A DNA stretch of 62,688 bases, filler included, from Collodictyon triciliatum (lineage: Eukaryota): NCBI GenBank assembly GCA_043381765.1. It is 37 parts of 37 records of this genome, joined end to end, with 100 filler letters (N's around TTAATTAATTAA, not from the genome) between each part and the next. Parts side by side here need not be neighbours in the genome. Positions count along the whole stretch, not along the records: positions 38,258 to 39,794 come from JBHJMP010010813.1; positions 39,895 to 41,431 come from JBHJMP010010814.1; positions 41,532 to 43,068 come from JBHJMP010010815.1; positions 43,169 to 44,705 come from JBHJMP010010816.1; positions 44,806 to 46,342 come from JBHJMP010010817.1; positions 46,443 to 47,978 come from JBHJMP010010818.1; positions 48,079 to 49,614 come from JBHJMP010010819.1; positions 49,715 to 51,250 come from JBHJMP010010820.1; 29 more parts are not named here. One strand, 5' to 3'. Numbering within the stretch: the stretch's first letter is position 1; every line of letters begins with the position of its first letter. The notes under the pieces are model-generated. The model was not told the origin of the DNA. It saw only the letters and a program-made list of their open reading frames with translations, and made no database searches. Shown piece after piece: positions 39,391 through 51,081 of this stretch. The position numbers were made by a program, and so were the translations under genes.

Positions 39391-39794
39391 TCGCCCCATT
39401 TTCTCCGGTTTGTAGGGATTCGGACTGATGATTTTATATCGAGCAGCTTGGAATATTCCATAGCCATCAGTAATTGCGGAGATTAAAGGTATAATCGACT
39501 GCCTTCGGTTCTTCAGGCGAAAGAAAAATGGCGACGGTGCTCCGTATGAGATGGGACGTCGTGAGCGCCATTCACCTTTGTTGTTCAGGATGGCTGTGGT
39601 AGGGGTTGCATTCGAGGAGTGAAATATCGTTGCATTTTTCGACGGTGCGAAGCTCCCATCCTTTTGGAATGTGACTTGCTGCAGGATGAAGGAGCTGTTT
39701 CCTTCTCTCGACTTGATGATACAGAAGCCTTTTGCTCTATCCCAGCAAAGTTGGCCTGTACCAGCATGTAGTTGGGTAGACTCGTACATTTCAC
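39391..39794 (-). mobile_element. Internal coding segment of the retroelement family whose 3' end is at 42577-43025
   Basis: 39391-39510 aligns by eye with 42906-43025 (GGATTCGGACTGATGATTTT.TATCGA.CAGCTTGGAATAT). The frame is intronless and open. Confidence 0.6.
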
Positions 39795-39894
39795 NNNNNN
39801 NNNNNNNNNNNNNNNNNNNNNNNNNNNNNNNNNNNNNNTTAATTAATTAANNNNNNNNNNNNNNNNNNNNNNNNNNNNNNNNNNNNNNNNNNNN

Positions 39895-40202
39895 CAAAGT
39901 TTGTTCGCTTTCAAGAAGGAGGCGAGCGCATCTGTTAGCCTGCGGGCCTTGTTCTTGTTGTAAACGACTTGCTCGACCCCGTGCAAAAATACTATCCGAT
40001 CAGACAGACTTGCAGGCGGCTTCCTTGCACGGGTCTTCCTAGACTTACGTGCGACTCGGGGTTTTTCCGCGCCAGTGTTGGAACAAGAAGAGCTGGCTGC
40101 AACTTGCAAAGCCTTCGACGGGTCGCGGCTTGCACCGATCTCCCCGTCTCGGCTTGTGTTTTCCATCAGGCGCGGGAAGCTTGATTGAAAATCAGGCGCG
40201 GG
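39895..40202 (-). mobile_element. Non-LTR retrotransposon family A 5' end and ORF1 start (second copy)
   Basis: 26-bp unit, then MENTSRDG...RARKPPASLSDRIVFLHGVEQVVYNKNKARRLTDALASFLKANKL; paralogous to 20470-20753. Confidence 0.75.
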
Positions 40203-40219
40203 AGGTGTACTTGACTGAT

Positions 40220-41431
40220 TCATTCTCCTTTCCTCGGGAGAGGCTTTATCATCGGTTGTTTCGATTTTTTGGTGCGCCAGTGATTGCAGGATGAGTAACC
40301 GGTGTTTTTTATTCGTCTAAGTACTTTTTTATGCATTGGAAGCCGTTTCTCGCTGGGGAGTCGCAAGAGTTTCGACAGCAGGTCTGCTCCCATAAACAGT
40401 ACTTGAGGAGTAGTTTGTCGATCCCGAAGTTTCAAGGTGTTCACTTTCTTCCTCAGCAGAACCTTCTATGACGACGACAGGTTGGATGGACTGTTAATCT
40501 TCCAATCCCGAGTCTGGGACGTCGCTTCTTATGGATTGCGCAGTACTTGCTGAAGAAAGAGTCTCTTGGGTGGTCCCAGGAGCCATGACCTCTAAGGAGG
40601 CAGGCGGGTGTGGTTTGCTGGGTGCCATTATGCTGTTTCTCGATTCTGTTACCGAGTTGGCTTGGGTTTCCCTTTCCTCGGCATCCTCTCCATGATTTAA
40701 AGGTGAGTTTGGTGAGATATCATCGGCTTGAGGTGGTTGGTAATCTTGGAGGCATGCGATGTTTCCTCCATTTCCTCGAAGCCATTCCACGATTGATACT
40801 GCTTTCTCTGTGTTCACTGGTGAACTTGATGTACTTTCGGGAAAATCGCCTGGTGTTTCGTCCATCATTTCGATATCCGTTTCCTGATTTTGGGGCCGCT
40901 CTTGAACCTTTGTCTTGATTGAGACTTCAAGCACTTCGTCCACGGGTGTCTTGTCACGATTTCTCCCTCTGGCATTAGAGGACGACGCGTGTTGCCTTTG
41001 GCCTTGTTTGTGGGCTCTGGGCTTGTTTTGCACAGCCGATTCCTGCACAGTTGGCCAATCCTTTAGCGCTGAAGTCGGCTACTTTTGTGTGGAAGACTGA
41101 GAAGCGAGCGGTGATGTTTTGTTTGTTGGTGGCCGCTTGATTGGTGGGCATCGGCTTGGCAGTAGCTGTTTTTTTATGTGGTTTGTGGTTTGTGTGTCAT
41201 TCCCTTCTTTTTTGGGGAGAGTTGATGAGATGTCAGACTCTTTGAGGGCGCGTATCTCCACGCAACCGCGAATCTCATGAATGACGACAAAGGTAGGTAT
41301 TTTCCCCAATTCTTCCTGTTCTTTGTCAAAAGTAACGAGTGCATCATTCATGCATATTCCTCCAGGCTTTGTCCAGTTGACTTTGATTGGGGTGAAGTAT
41401 TCGCTGCAGGCTTCGAAAATGTCAGTCCAGC
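40220..41431 (-). mobile_element. Probable ORF1 (C-terminal half) of another non-LTR family, frameshifted
   Basis: WTDIFEACSEYFTPIKV...ALVTF...KIPTFVVIHEIRGCVEI (IP.F+.+ motif of L1/Tx1 ORF1), then a long intronless low-complexity tail broken across frames. Confidence 0.5.
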
Positions 41432-42576
41432 NNNNNNNNNNNNNNNNNNNNNNNNNNNNNNNNNNNNNNNNNNNNTTAATTAATTAANNNNNNNNNNNNN
41501 NNNNNNNNNNNNNNNNNNNNNNNNNNNNNNNCTTTTTTTTAAGGGGTATGAAAAGCACCCATAAGACAACAAATGGATTTACCTCATTGTTTATGATATA
41601 ATCCAAAATTTACCCTTTGTGCGACTTTGTCCTTCATTAGAAAGGGGTTCATGCTCTTCAACGAAGTCCGACATGTTTTGTTAGGTTTAGAAATATATTC
41701 ACTCGTTAATTTTTCCTTTCAGTCTGCGCGACATATGGAGTTTTAGTCTCGATTCCTGTACTTCATCCACATGGAAACTTCTTTGAATCTCGGAGGATAA
41801 GTAGTTGGTGGCAATCAGGAAATGTATCGTGTGGTTTGTCCTGTGGCCTTAGTCTTGTGGTTGCGCGAGTTGCAAGACAGGGTTTAACTTCTCTCTCTCT
41901 CTCAGTCTATCCACAATGTCTCTCGATCTGTACCGATTTACACGGTTCAGTGAACACGAACCATAAAGCATGAAAGAAAATCCCGTTTATCCGTGGGTGG
42001 ATTACATATATACATTTAGTTGCACACCTTCCTCATAATAATCGAAATTGAAATAAAAATAGGATGAAGATTGTCCAAAAATTTCGATGGGGCAGAGCAT
42101 CTATATCGAAATATTATTCAAGAAAGGTAGGAGACTGGAAGGTAGATGCGCAGATTCTATCGGATTCATGATCTTCAACCAATTCTACCTCAAAAGAATT
42201 AGTATGTAGCATGAGATTGCCTGCAACAAAATTGAAGGATTTTACTTAATAAAAACAACCGATGTAAGAGCGCTATACTACAATTAATTTGTGAGGCATA
42301 TCAAAAAATAAATATTTTGTTAGAGAGATGAACCACTTTATAATCACACTCAATGGATATGGTATCGCTTTCGTTGTTTCTTTTTCAGAGGTCTGCTCGG
42401 AAATAAGCTTAAAAAACATTTCATATCAGTGGAGAAAACCAGAAAAGAAAAAAGAAAACCAAAAAAGAAAACCAAAAAAGAAAAAAGAAAAAAGAAAAAG
42501 AAAAAAGAAAAAAGAAAAAGAAAAAAGAAAAAAGAAAAAAGAAAAAAGAAAAAAGAAAAAAGAAAAAAAGATTAAA

Positions 42577-43022
42577 GATTTTTTCCCTTTATTCGATTCA
42601 AAGTGTAGCGAGGTTATGCCATACAAGAGGCGGGATGGGAGCGCATGGTAGAACAAACGTGAGTAAGAGAAGACTACCGTGGAGAGGGTAGCACTGGAAA
42701 GAAATCAGTTATAGCGAGTTGGTCAGGTGGGCGTCCCAACTGGTTGATTGGTTGCGTGGATAGCGGGGGTTGGATATGCTGTGGGAGATATCGCACGACA
42801 AATTCCCATATGTCTCTTCGCTTGTGGTCAGAGAAGCTGGGACGTGCGGGCTTACTTTCAGCTTTTAACTTTCGGCGGGTCTATAATACCTATAGTATCG
42901 GGTCATCGACCCATTTTCTACAGTATGCAAGGATTCGGACTGATGATTTTGTATCGAAACAGCTTGGAATATGGAATAGTCATCGAGAAATTGCGGAGAG
43001 TCGAGTGTGTTTGACTGCCTTT

Positions 43023-43025
<3 letters not shown>
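42577..43025 (-). mobile_element. Longest copy of the polyadenylated retroelement 3' end, degenerate
   Basis: Shares the terminal motif with 25997-26150 and 30153-30272. 42720-42810 matches 55812-55915 on the opposite strand. Confidence 0.75.
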
Positions 43026-43068
<43 letters not shown>

Positions 43069-43419
43069 NNNNNNNNNNNNNNNNNNNNNNNNNNNNNNNN
43101 NNNNNNNNNNNNTTAATTAATTAANNNNNNNNNNNNNNNNNNNNNNNNNNNNNNNNNNNNNNNNNNNNCTTTTTCTTTTTCTTTTTCTTTTTCTTTTTCT
43201 TTTTCTTTTTCTTTTTCTTTTTCTTTTTCTTTTTCTTTTTCTTTTTCTTCTTCTTTTTCTTTTTCTTCTTCTTTTTCTTTTTCTTTTTTCTTTGTTTCTG
43301 CAAAGACCGGCGGGCGAAGTTGCTGCGATCCCGCTACTTCCTTTACAAAATTATATGATTATTCCTTAAAATACTAATTAGAGGTCTCTTTCACTTTTTG
43401 GTGATGGCCATGAAAACAG

Positions 43420-44665
43420 GAAATCTATTCGACCGCTGTCAAAATATACTATGCCGCTCAAACAGAATGGCTCGAGGCAGACTTTACTGGTATCGGCATT
43501 CTCTGTCACAAGGACAACGTAGCCTATCTGCGATTCCTCCGTTTTGACGTGAGTACCACACATTTTTTTTCACGCATATTTATTCTCCACTCAGGCGCAA
43601 GTCTGTCCTGTTCCACGTGTATCTCACCCAGGCGTGCTTGCCCATTCGAAGAAGCCTGTTACCTCACAATCACTTCGCTGACATAACAGGACGGAGAACT
43701 CTTTCTGGAAGAGGAGCTCTACAAGACATTCATCTACGGGACCCTTTCTGCCCAGCTTCACTACTTCGAGGGCAAGGTATTTAGCCCTAAAAACACAGGC
43801 ACACGGAAGGACAAATGCTGAGTATATATTGCACTTATATATCTACTAATCCTCTCCAGGACCGTGTTATCGGACTCGCCTTTGCAGACTCATCAGACGC
43901 AGAGACTTTCCACCGATATGTTACTCAAGCTGACCGAGGAGACTGTGAGTCATTTCCATATAGTCAAGCACGATGGGGCACAACTCATATGCGATTAAGA
44001 GAAAACCCAAGAAGAATGGGTCAACTCATCCTCAGAAACAATTTGTATAGTTAAGGTGACCTCTGCCGCATCTGCGTCTGTTGCAGCTGCTTCAAATCCG
44101 CCTTCAGGGACTTCAAAACGACAGCCCGCTCCGATTCCACCCTCCTCCAATTCCTGTCCGACTATAGTATCATCTGCACCCTCACCTGTCTCATCTGCAC
44201 CCTCGCCTCTCTCGAGTTCGACGTCATTTCGTTCGGGTGCGGGTTTACAAGCGCACTCTGCCTTCACTGTTTTCCTCACTTTTTCTCTTCGTTTGGATGC
44301 AACTATACACTTTACCTCGTATAATATTGTCAGTTAACTGATTTATATACAATATGCGTAGCTACTTCGTCACAGACACCTGCTGCACCAACTAGCTCAG
44401 GGTCAAAGTTTACCCAGTTCTTCAGAAGTAATATTTGACATTTCACAGGACTAAGCAAGATGAACCCCTGTTCTATATTTAGAATAATGGTGTCCGCTTT
44501 ACCTATATCATATCTAATTGCATATATACCGTATATTTCTTGCAAGGCATGTCCACCACGTTTGCTGTCACTAAAAAAACGGAGGAGAGAGATATGGAAA
44601 TCAGCAGTCCGACCGATGTGAAGCACATTGGCCACATTGGTTGGACAGCAGAAGGCGGTTTCCAA
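43420..44665 (+). CDS. WASP: WASP-family actin nucleation-promoting factor (WH1 + CRIB), partial
   Basis: WH1: AVKIYYA..EW..YLRF / LFLEEELYKTFIY..LHYFEGK / DRVIGLAFADSSDAETF; Pro/Ser-rich linker; CRIB EISSPTDVKHIGHIGWTAEGGF. The VCA domain is not in the contig. Confidence 0.85.
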
Positions 44666-46489
44666 GTATCTTTAAAGATAGATACCCTCGCCATATTCTT
44701 TCATTNNNNNNNNNNNNNNNNNNNNNNNNNNNNNNNNNNNNNNNNNNNNTTAATTAATTAANNNNNNNNNNNNNNNNNNNNNNNNNNNNNNNNNNNNNNN
44801 NNNNNGGGAATAGGGTGGTTGAGAGAGGAAGCGAAACAAACGAAGCCTGATTCCCGTGGAGTCCCCAAATCACCAGTAGACATCGTCAACCAATTTCCAC
44901 ACTCGAGACGCAGCGTCCATTGAAGAATCGATGTTGTGTGGAAAAAAAGGAGTTGCGCAACACTCTCAAGGTTTTCTTTTTCTCTCTCTTTTTTCACTTT
45001 TCTAACAGATTAATTAAAAAAAAAATAACCCGCCAATAAAGGTAATTTCATCCTTCGCTCCGTTTTCTTGTGTGGGTTGGGCTTTCGTTGATACAAGTCA
45101 TATGTGGAAATTATATGTATTTACTTTGACACCAATCATATACCCAATGTGCCTCACGTTAATACGCCCGTGATAAGAATATACAATAACTTAATGATAA
45201 CCACTGTTTCAGTCAGTAGATTGTCTAGGCTTCATGATACATTCGACATTTTTTCTTGTCCTGGGTTGTCCCAAAATATTTTCAATTTTATTCTGCTACT
45301 TTTATTTTGAAACACACACGCTATTCTTTTTCTAATTGCAGCCAATGAGGCTAATAATATGTCACGGTGTTTGATTAACGTGAAGATGTGTTCTTTGACA
45401 ACAGCTATCAACCGTTTATTGTCTCAAGAGTTTATTTAAGAGCCCCCAAGTTCGACCGTGAGGCTGACATAGATCGCGGCGCCCAGGTAGATGAGAACCA
45501 TCATCACAGAGTCGCGCCAATGTCGGCAAAAAACTCCCCAGAAGCTGAATGACTCCTCCAGACCCGCACGCATCCATTCGCTTGAAATGAAAAAATATTC
45601 AACAACTTGAAGAATGACCATATTCTCTTGTAAAAATCATCATTTCACATCACTGTCTCAAAGAATCACACTCACCGGTGCAGGTAAGCAAAGACAATAT
45701 AGAACGTAGCCACGAAGCTCCCAAAAATGATCATGTACCCGTATATCACCTAATATCAAAACACATCTCATCCTTTGAATCGATAAAAGGGGAAATCCAT
45801 AGACATCAACTAAAAACTAATAAACTTAATAAAATACACAACTTTGAAACAATCCTCCACAATTCCACTTTTGTTTCCTTGATTTTAGCTTTTGTTTTGG
45901 TTGCTTTTATGTATACTTGCTTTTGTTTAAAGGGGATACTATTTACTTAAGGCTCTTCGACACCAAACATACCTCGTCTATGTGTTCTATTTGGAATACA
46001 TCCCATGAAAAGTCCTCCAAACCCAGCTCTCTTCCAACCATCAGTCCTTTTTTTATTCATGCGTGTTAATGTTAGACTTTTCGGTTATAGATTTTTTTTA
46101 GAACAAAACTCTCCATTATTTGACTCGGTCAGTATATAGATGGGTCATCTTTCACGACAGAAGAGATTGTGTTTGTTTAGAATCATAACCATACAAGACA
46201 TGTCAAATTAAGAGATGAAATAAATGAAATAAAATATTGATAAATGAAATGATAAATGAAATGATAAATGAAATGATAAATGAAATGATAAATGAAATGA
46301 TAAATGAAATGATAAATGAAATGATAAATGAAATGATAAATGNNNNNNNNNNNNNNNNNNNNNNNNNNNNNNNNNNNNNNNNNNNNTTAATTAATTAANN
46401 NNNNNNNNNNNNNNNNNNNNNNNNNNNNNNNNNNNNNNNNNNAAATTGAAAGTAAGAATTAAAACCCAATAATGAAATATGGAAAGGTA

Positions 46490-47250
46490 TACAAATGTGG
46501 TCCTGTGACGATAATCAACAGAGACATGCAGGTGTAGCGTTTTTATGCAAGAAATGGATAGCCAAACTCAATCCTCGCTTCAGAGAGATTATACCTGGCC
46601 GCTGAATAAGTCTCGATATCCAAATAGATGGAGCTGACACTCTTATAATGACGACACACATGTCGCTCCAAACAGCAGGTTCAAATACTAGAATACACGA
46701 GTATGAGCTTATCTCTAAAGAGATGGAAATTGCGAAACATATCATCAGTTGTGGAGACTTCAACGCTCATATTGATGCCTACACCGAGTGGTCTGGGTCT
46801 TCGACACGCAATGACAAACCTTTCGTCGACTGGACAATCAGGCACAAGCTGCAAGACCCTGGAAGACGCTCAATACTCACTCTCTAGGAGCAACGTGTAG
46901 AAGACATACAAAAAGCGGCTTCACGTGGAGCAAAATCGACCGCTCCCTCTGCTCAAGGGACTTGCAAGCGTGGTTGAAGAAACTTAAAACAGTCTATCGT
47001 GCGCTGTCCGACCACAGTGCTATCCTGGCTCATGACGATTCAGCCGGTGGCTGTGAATGGCAGGCGAGGCATATAGACTGGAGGGGCATACAATGACTCC
47101 AAGTCGATAGAAGACAGACGAAACAAGCTCAGGGCTTACTTCAACACCCCAGGTGACGCCTCCATCGAGGTGGAATGACCTGTACTCAAAAAGCAGCTCT
47201 CTATTCTTCTTATCCAAAAATCGAGCTGGTTTACAAGAGAGCTGCAAAAT
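46490..47250 (+). mobile_element. Non-LTR retrotransposon AP-endonuclease domain, pseudogenised
   Basis: HAGVAFL, IIPGR*ISLDI, IISCGDFNAH, LQDP, WSKIDR and ALSDHSAI motifs, with stops and frameshifts. Confidence 0.9.
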
Positions 47251-47894
47251 CTGGATTGGTTAGTAGTCATACCCAAAGTGTAAAGGGACGTAAAAAATAT
47301 AGTAACTAAAAAAATATTATTAGTATAATTTATGAAATTTACAGGTTTAAATAGCCTATATGACTGCAGCAATAAAGTATATACTATATATTCCGCATAA
47401 GCTTGTGGCTTTTCTTTGAGCAGAAATGAATCCCCTTTTCATGCACAAGAAGCACAGCTCGTAGATCACACGGCATGAGAATAAGTAGACAGCCAAAGAG
47501 GTAGCCCACTTGAGGCCGAAGTTGGGTAGGTGAACACTAGGACAGCACTCATGAGTCCTCAGGTGCATGCCCAGCCACATTGAAGCAGTCGGTAGAACTT
47601 CCCCGCGATCTTGAAGATTGAGCAGAACCAAAAAAAAAGAAAAAAATACGACCTACACAAAAACAAAGTCCTTACCCCTTTCACAAAACAGAAAAGATGC
47701 TGCTCTATACATTGACAGACTTGGATGCTGAAGCTCTTGCTGGCCTCCTCCTCCGACCGAAACAAGACTTTGGAGCCATATTTTCCACTGTGGAGCCGAT
47801 CATCGAAGTATACCTTTGCCTAGATTCTTGTCTCTCTTCTCTTTTTCTTTTTTCTTCCCTCTTTTCTTTCTTTTCTTTCTTTTCTTTCTTTTTT

Positions 47895-47978
<84 letters not shown>

Positions 47979-48504
47979 NNNNNNNNNNNNNNNNNNNNNN
48001 NNNNNNNNNNNNNNNNNNNNNNTTAATTAATTAANNNNNNNNNNNNNNNNNNNNNNNNNNNNNNNNNNNNNNNNNNNNATTCTATTCTATTCTATTCTAT
48101 TCTATTCTATTCTATTCTATTCTATTCTATTCTATTCTATTCTATTCTATTCTATTCTATTCTATTCTATTCTATTATTTATACTATATTATATTGGTTT
48201 TAGTCAAAATCTGCCCAAACTTATCGAGATTTTGGATGGTTTTATTTGTGAACGGCTACACACAGAAACAGAATTATTCGCGAAAAAGACAACATTACCG
48301 CGTAACCTACATCCACAACGAATCTGGAAGAGAGTAATCGCCCTGTTCATTGTAGTTATCTTTCAGAGCTGAACATCAATATCTATTCAAGCGTAAGGAT
48401 GAGCCACAGCGAAGTGTTTATTTGAACAAAATCTCCAAGAGAGGTCAAAAACCCGGTCGAATGCTGTGTGTGTCTCTCTCCCGCATCCGCAAAGACTCCC
48501 CGAA

Positions 48505-49201
48505 TTATTCTCGAAACAAAGGCTCTACTCTCAGATCATGGAGCAAAGTATACAATTTTGAGTAGAACCGCTTGAACTCGTACGTGTCTCCCTGAGTGTA
48601 GATCAGAGAGTCATTTGGTAAACAGAATACATTTTTAAGCATATGGTGGTGCTTCATCTTAGCTGTCATTCATAACCTTTGCTGAGTATGCATCCAAACA
48701 GTATGTTGTGTTGAGAAAAAAAGAGGAGAAATCATATTCGAGGTTCAAAGAAAAATGTATATCCATAGCTGGGATTTGACAAGTCCTCCAATATTTGTTT
48801 TATTATTGCTAATAATATTATTCAGATTTTGTTGTCATGGTATTAAGTGTAATGGGCATGCGAATTAAATCTTACCCGATGGCGCTGAAAGTCCACGACA
48901 AAGACACCCTTTTGCTTATCTTGAAAGATTTGAACGGCACCGTACAACCCGCCATATCGGTGATTGGGCAAGCTAAAGGAAAACTGCAAAGGTAACTCAG
49001 CAACAAAATACAAGATTGAAATGTGCCCAGTGCGGCACACATACAGAAATAACATTAAAAGAAGGAGGAAAGGTCTTGCTTGTAATGGAGAAAAGTGAGA
49101 TTCATAAAAATGATGGCTGAGGAAAGGGAGGCAATATCTTTCTTTCTTTTTGGGTTATAAAAGCATAAAAAGGAGCGATTAAGATGGAGCCAAATGGTTT
49201 A

Positions 49202-49234
<33 letters not shown>

Positions 49235-49387
49235 GCTTGCCTTATTTCCCTTCTCTACAAAGCGTACATTATTTTCTTGAAACACCTGGAGAATTCGAGA
49301 GGCAACCCATCCTGCAGAATGTTTCGTAGTGAATCGAGTCATGCGTTGGGACACCGGGACGAAAGCGGGTATCATGTCGTGGTCAGT
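48505..49387 (-). CDS. Chk1/CIPK-type kinase C-terminal KA1-like domain, last three exons
   Basis: Exons 49387-49241, 48983-48876 and 48591-48505 give SQRMTRFTTKHS...ILQVFQENNVRF / GAVQIF..FVVDFQRHR / GDTYEFKRFYSKLYTLL..*. Compare Chk1 RMTRF and VDFR..KGD.LEFKR.F. Confidence 0.75.
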
Positions 49388-49493
49388 CTATGTTGTTAAT
49401 TGTTGTCATGAGCAAATTCGATGATAGTTACAAGCCTGTATTCACTTAGTGACAGTTATTCATGTTACGGATAGTGGGCAGCGTGATGAAGAC

Positions 49494-49524
<31 letters not shown>

Positions 49525-49860
49525 TGTATGTATGTATGTATGTATGTATGTATGTATGTATGTATGTATGTATGTATGTATGTATGTATGTATGTATGTA
49601 TGTATGTATGTATGNNNNNNNNNNNNNNNNNNNNNNNNNNNNNNNNNNNNNNNNNNNNTTAATTAATTAANNNNNNNNNNNNNNNNNNNNNNNNNNNNNN
49701 NNNNNNNNNNNNNNAAAAAAGAGGGGGCGAGGAGCGAGGGGAGATTACGAAAGTGAAAACGAAAGCGGGGGGGGGAGAGTAGGTGTGTTCGATGAGAAGT
49801 TTAGAGGAGAGATAAAGACAGGACTAGGGCAGACACGGGAGACGCGGACAAAGGGACGAA

Positions 49861-51081
49861 TCAGCAGCGGAAGGTGAGGGAGGAGGGGGCGGCTTGCGGG
49901 ATACAGGAGACAGTCATGTCCTGGGAGCGGGAGAAGCTGCGGCAGGCGAGAGACTGCATGCACGCGGCCAGGTCGATGTATCTCGCGACATAGTCGTGCC
50001 AGAAGTCAGCGCAGGCGCACTGGTGGTATGTATGCGAGTATGTGGCGAAGGCCTTGAACTCCAAGTAGGCGGGCTTGTGGTAGTTGCAGGGGTAGAACTC
50101 CTCGATGACATGGCCCGGCTCCGCATAGAGCAGCAGGACCCCCGTGTACCCGTGGGGGAAGACGACGCGGCGCGCCGCCTTGATCTGCCTCACGTAGTGG
50201 CACACATGCCTGCTGTCCTGCAGCTCCTCATGAACAAACTCCACGCCGGCCACGGCGCGGCACGAGGCGTCCAGATGCAGACGACGCGACGCGCTGCGGT
50301 TGAGCACATAGACGCGCTCCGATGTGGGAGGAGCTCGCTGGCCCGATATGGGAAGAGCTCGCTGGCCCGGTATGGTGTGGTTTGCGCAGAAGGTGGCGGC
50401 GAAGGCGGTGAGGCGCATCCACTCGGGGCGGGTCATCCAGTGGGCACGCGAGCGGCGGGGCGAGACGACGGCGCGGGCGACGTGCCAGACACCCGGGGCC
50501 ATGGGCTGGCACAGCAGGCTGAAGCCGTCGTCCAGCAGCACGTGGGCCAGGGCGCCCGGGCGCACCACCAGGGAGCGGGTGCGTGGGGAGATGAAGGCGC
50601 TGCCTGTGACGTTTGCGTTTGCGTTTGCGTTTGCGTTTGCGTTTGCGTTGCTGTCAGAGTCGACACTGGTGTGGATGCGGAGAAAGACCAGGCGCGTGCA
50701 TCCCGCGTGGGTGCCCAGCAGGTGCATGTTGGAGCGCTGCAGCGGCGTGTACACCCGCGGGTCGAGATCCACCGCCACCAGGCACGGCCCCGCCGGGTGC
50801 AGCGGCCGCATGAGCTTCGGCTCCAGCGACATCACGTCCTCCAGCGAGTGGAACAGGTGCTCCGGGTGGCTCCGTGCAATCGCGCTCACCCCCACGTGCA
50901 GCACCCGCACCCGCCCCCTCGGCTCGTACGTCTCCCCAGAGAACTCTGTGCATGTCCCCGCTCCCTGCTCTTCTCTCCCTCTCCCTCTCCCGGCCCCTGG
51001 GTCTCCGCGCAGCACCAGCTCCGCCACAAAAAGCAGCCCCGTTGCGACAAGCACCGCTCGGTACATCTCCTGGCTGAGCAT
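49861..51081 (-). CDS. Type II membrane glycosyltransferase-like protein (GT61/DUF563-like C-terminal domain), intronless, GC-rich
   Basis: N-terminal hydrophobic anchor; RVYVLNRSASRRL...QIKAARRVVFPHGYTGVLLLYAEPGHVIEEFYP..Y resembles the GT61 motif (A..vv.pHGA......PG..viE..P). Confidence 0.7.
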   Translation of the reverse strand: MLSQEMYRAVLVATGLLFVAELVLRGDPGAGRGRGREEQGAGTCTEFSGETYEPRGRVRVLHVGVSAIARSHPEHLFHSLEDVMSLEPKLMRPLHPAGPCLVAVDLDPRVYTPLQRSNMHLLGTHAGCTRLVFLRIHTSVDSDSNANANANANANANVTGSAFISPRTRSLVVRPGALAHVLLDDGFSLLCQPMAPGVWHVARAVVSPRRSRAHWMTRPEWMRLTAFAATFCANHTIPGQRALPISGQRAPPTSERVYVLNRSASRRLHLDASCRAVAGVEFVHEELQDSRHVCHYVRQIKAARRVVFPHGYTGVLLLYAEPGHVIEEFYPCNYHKPAYLEFKAFATYSHTYHQCACADFWHDYVARYIDLAACMQSLACRSFSRSQDMTVSCIPQAAPSSLTFRC

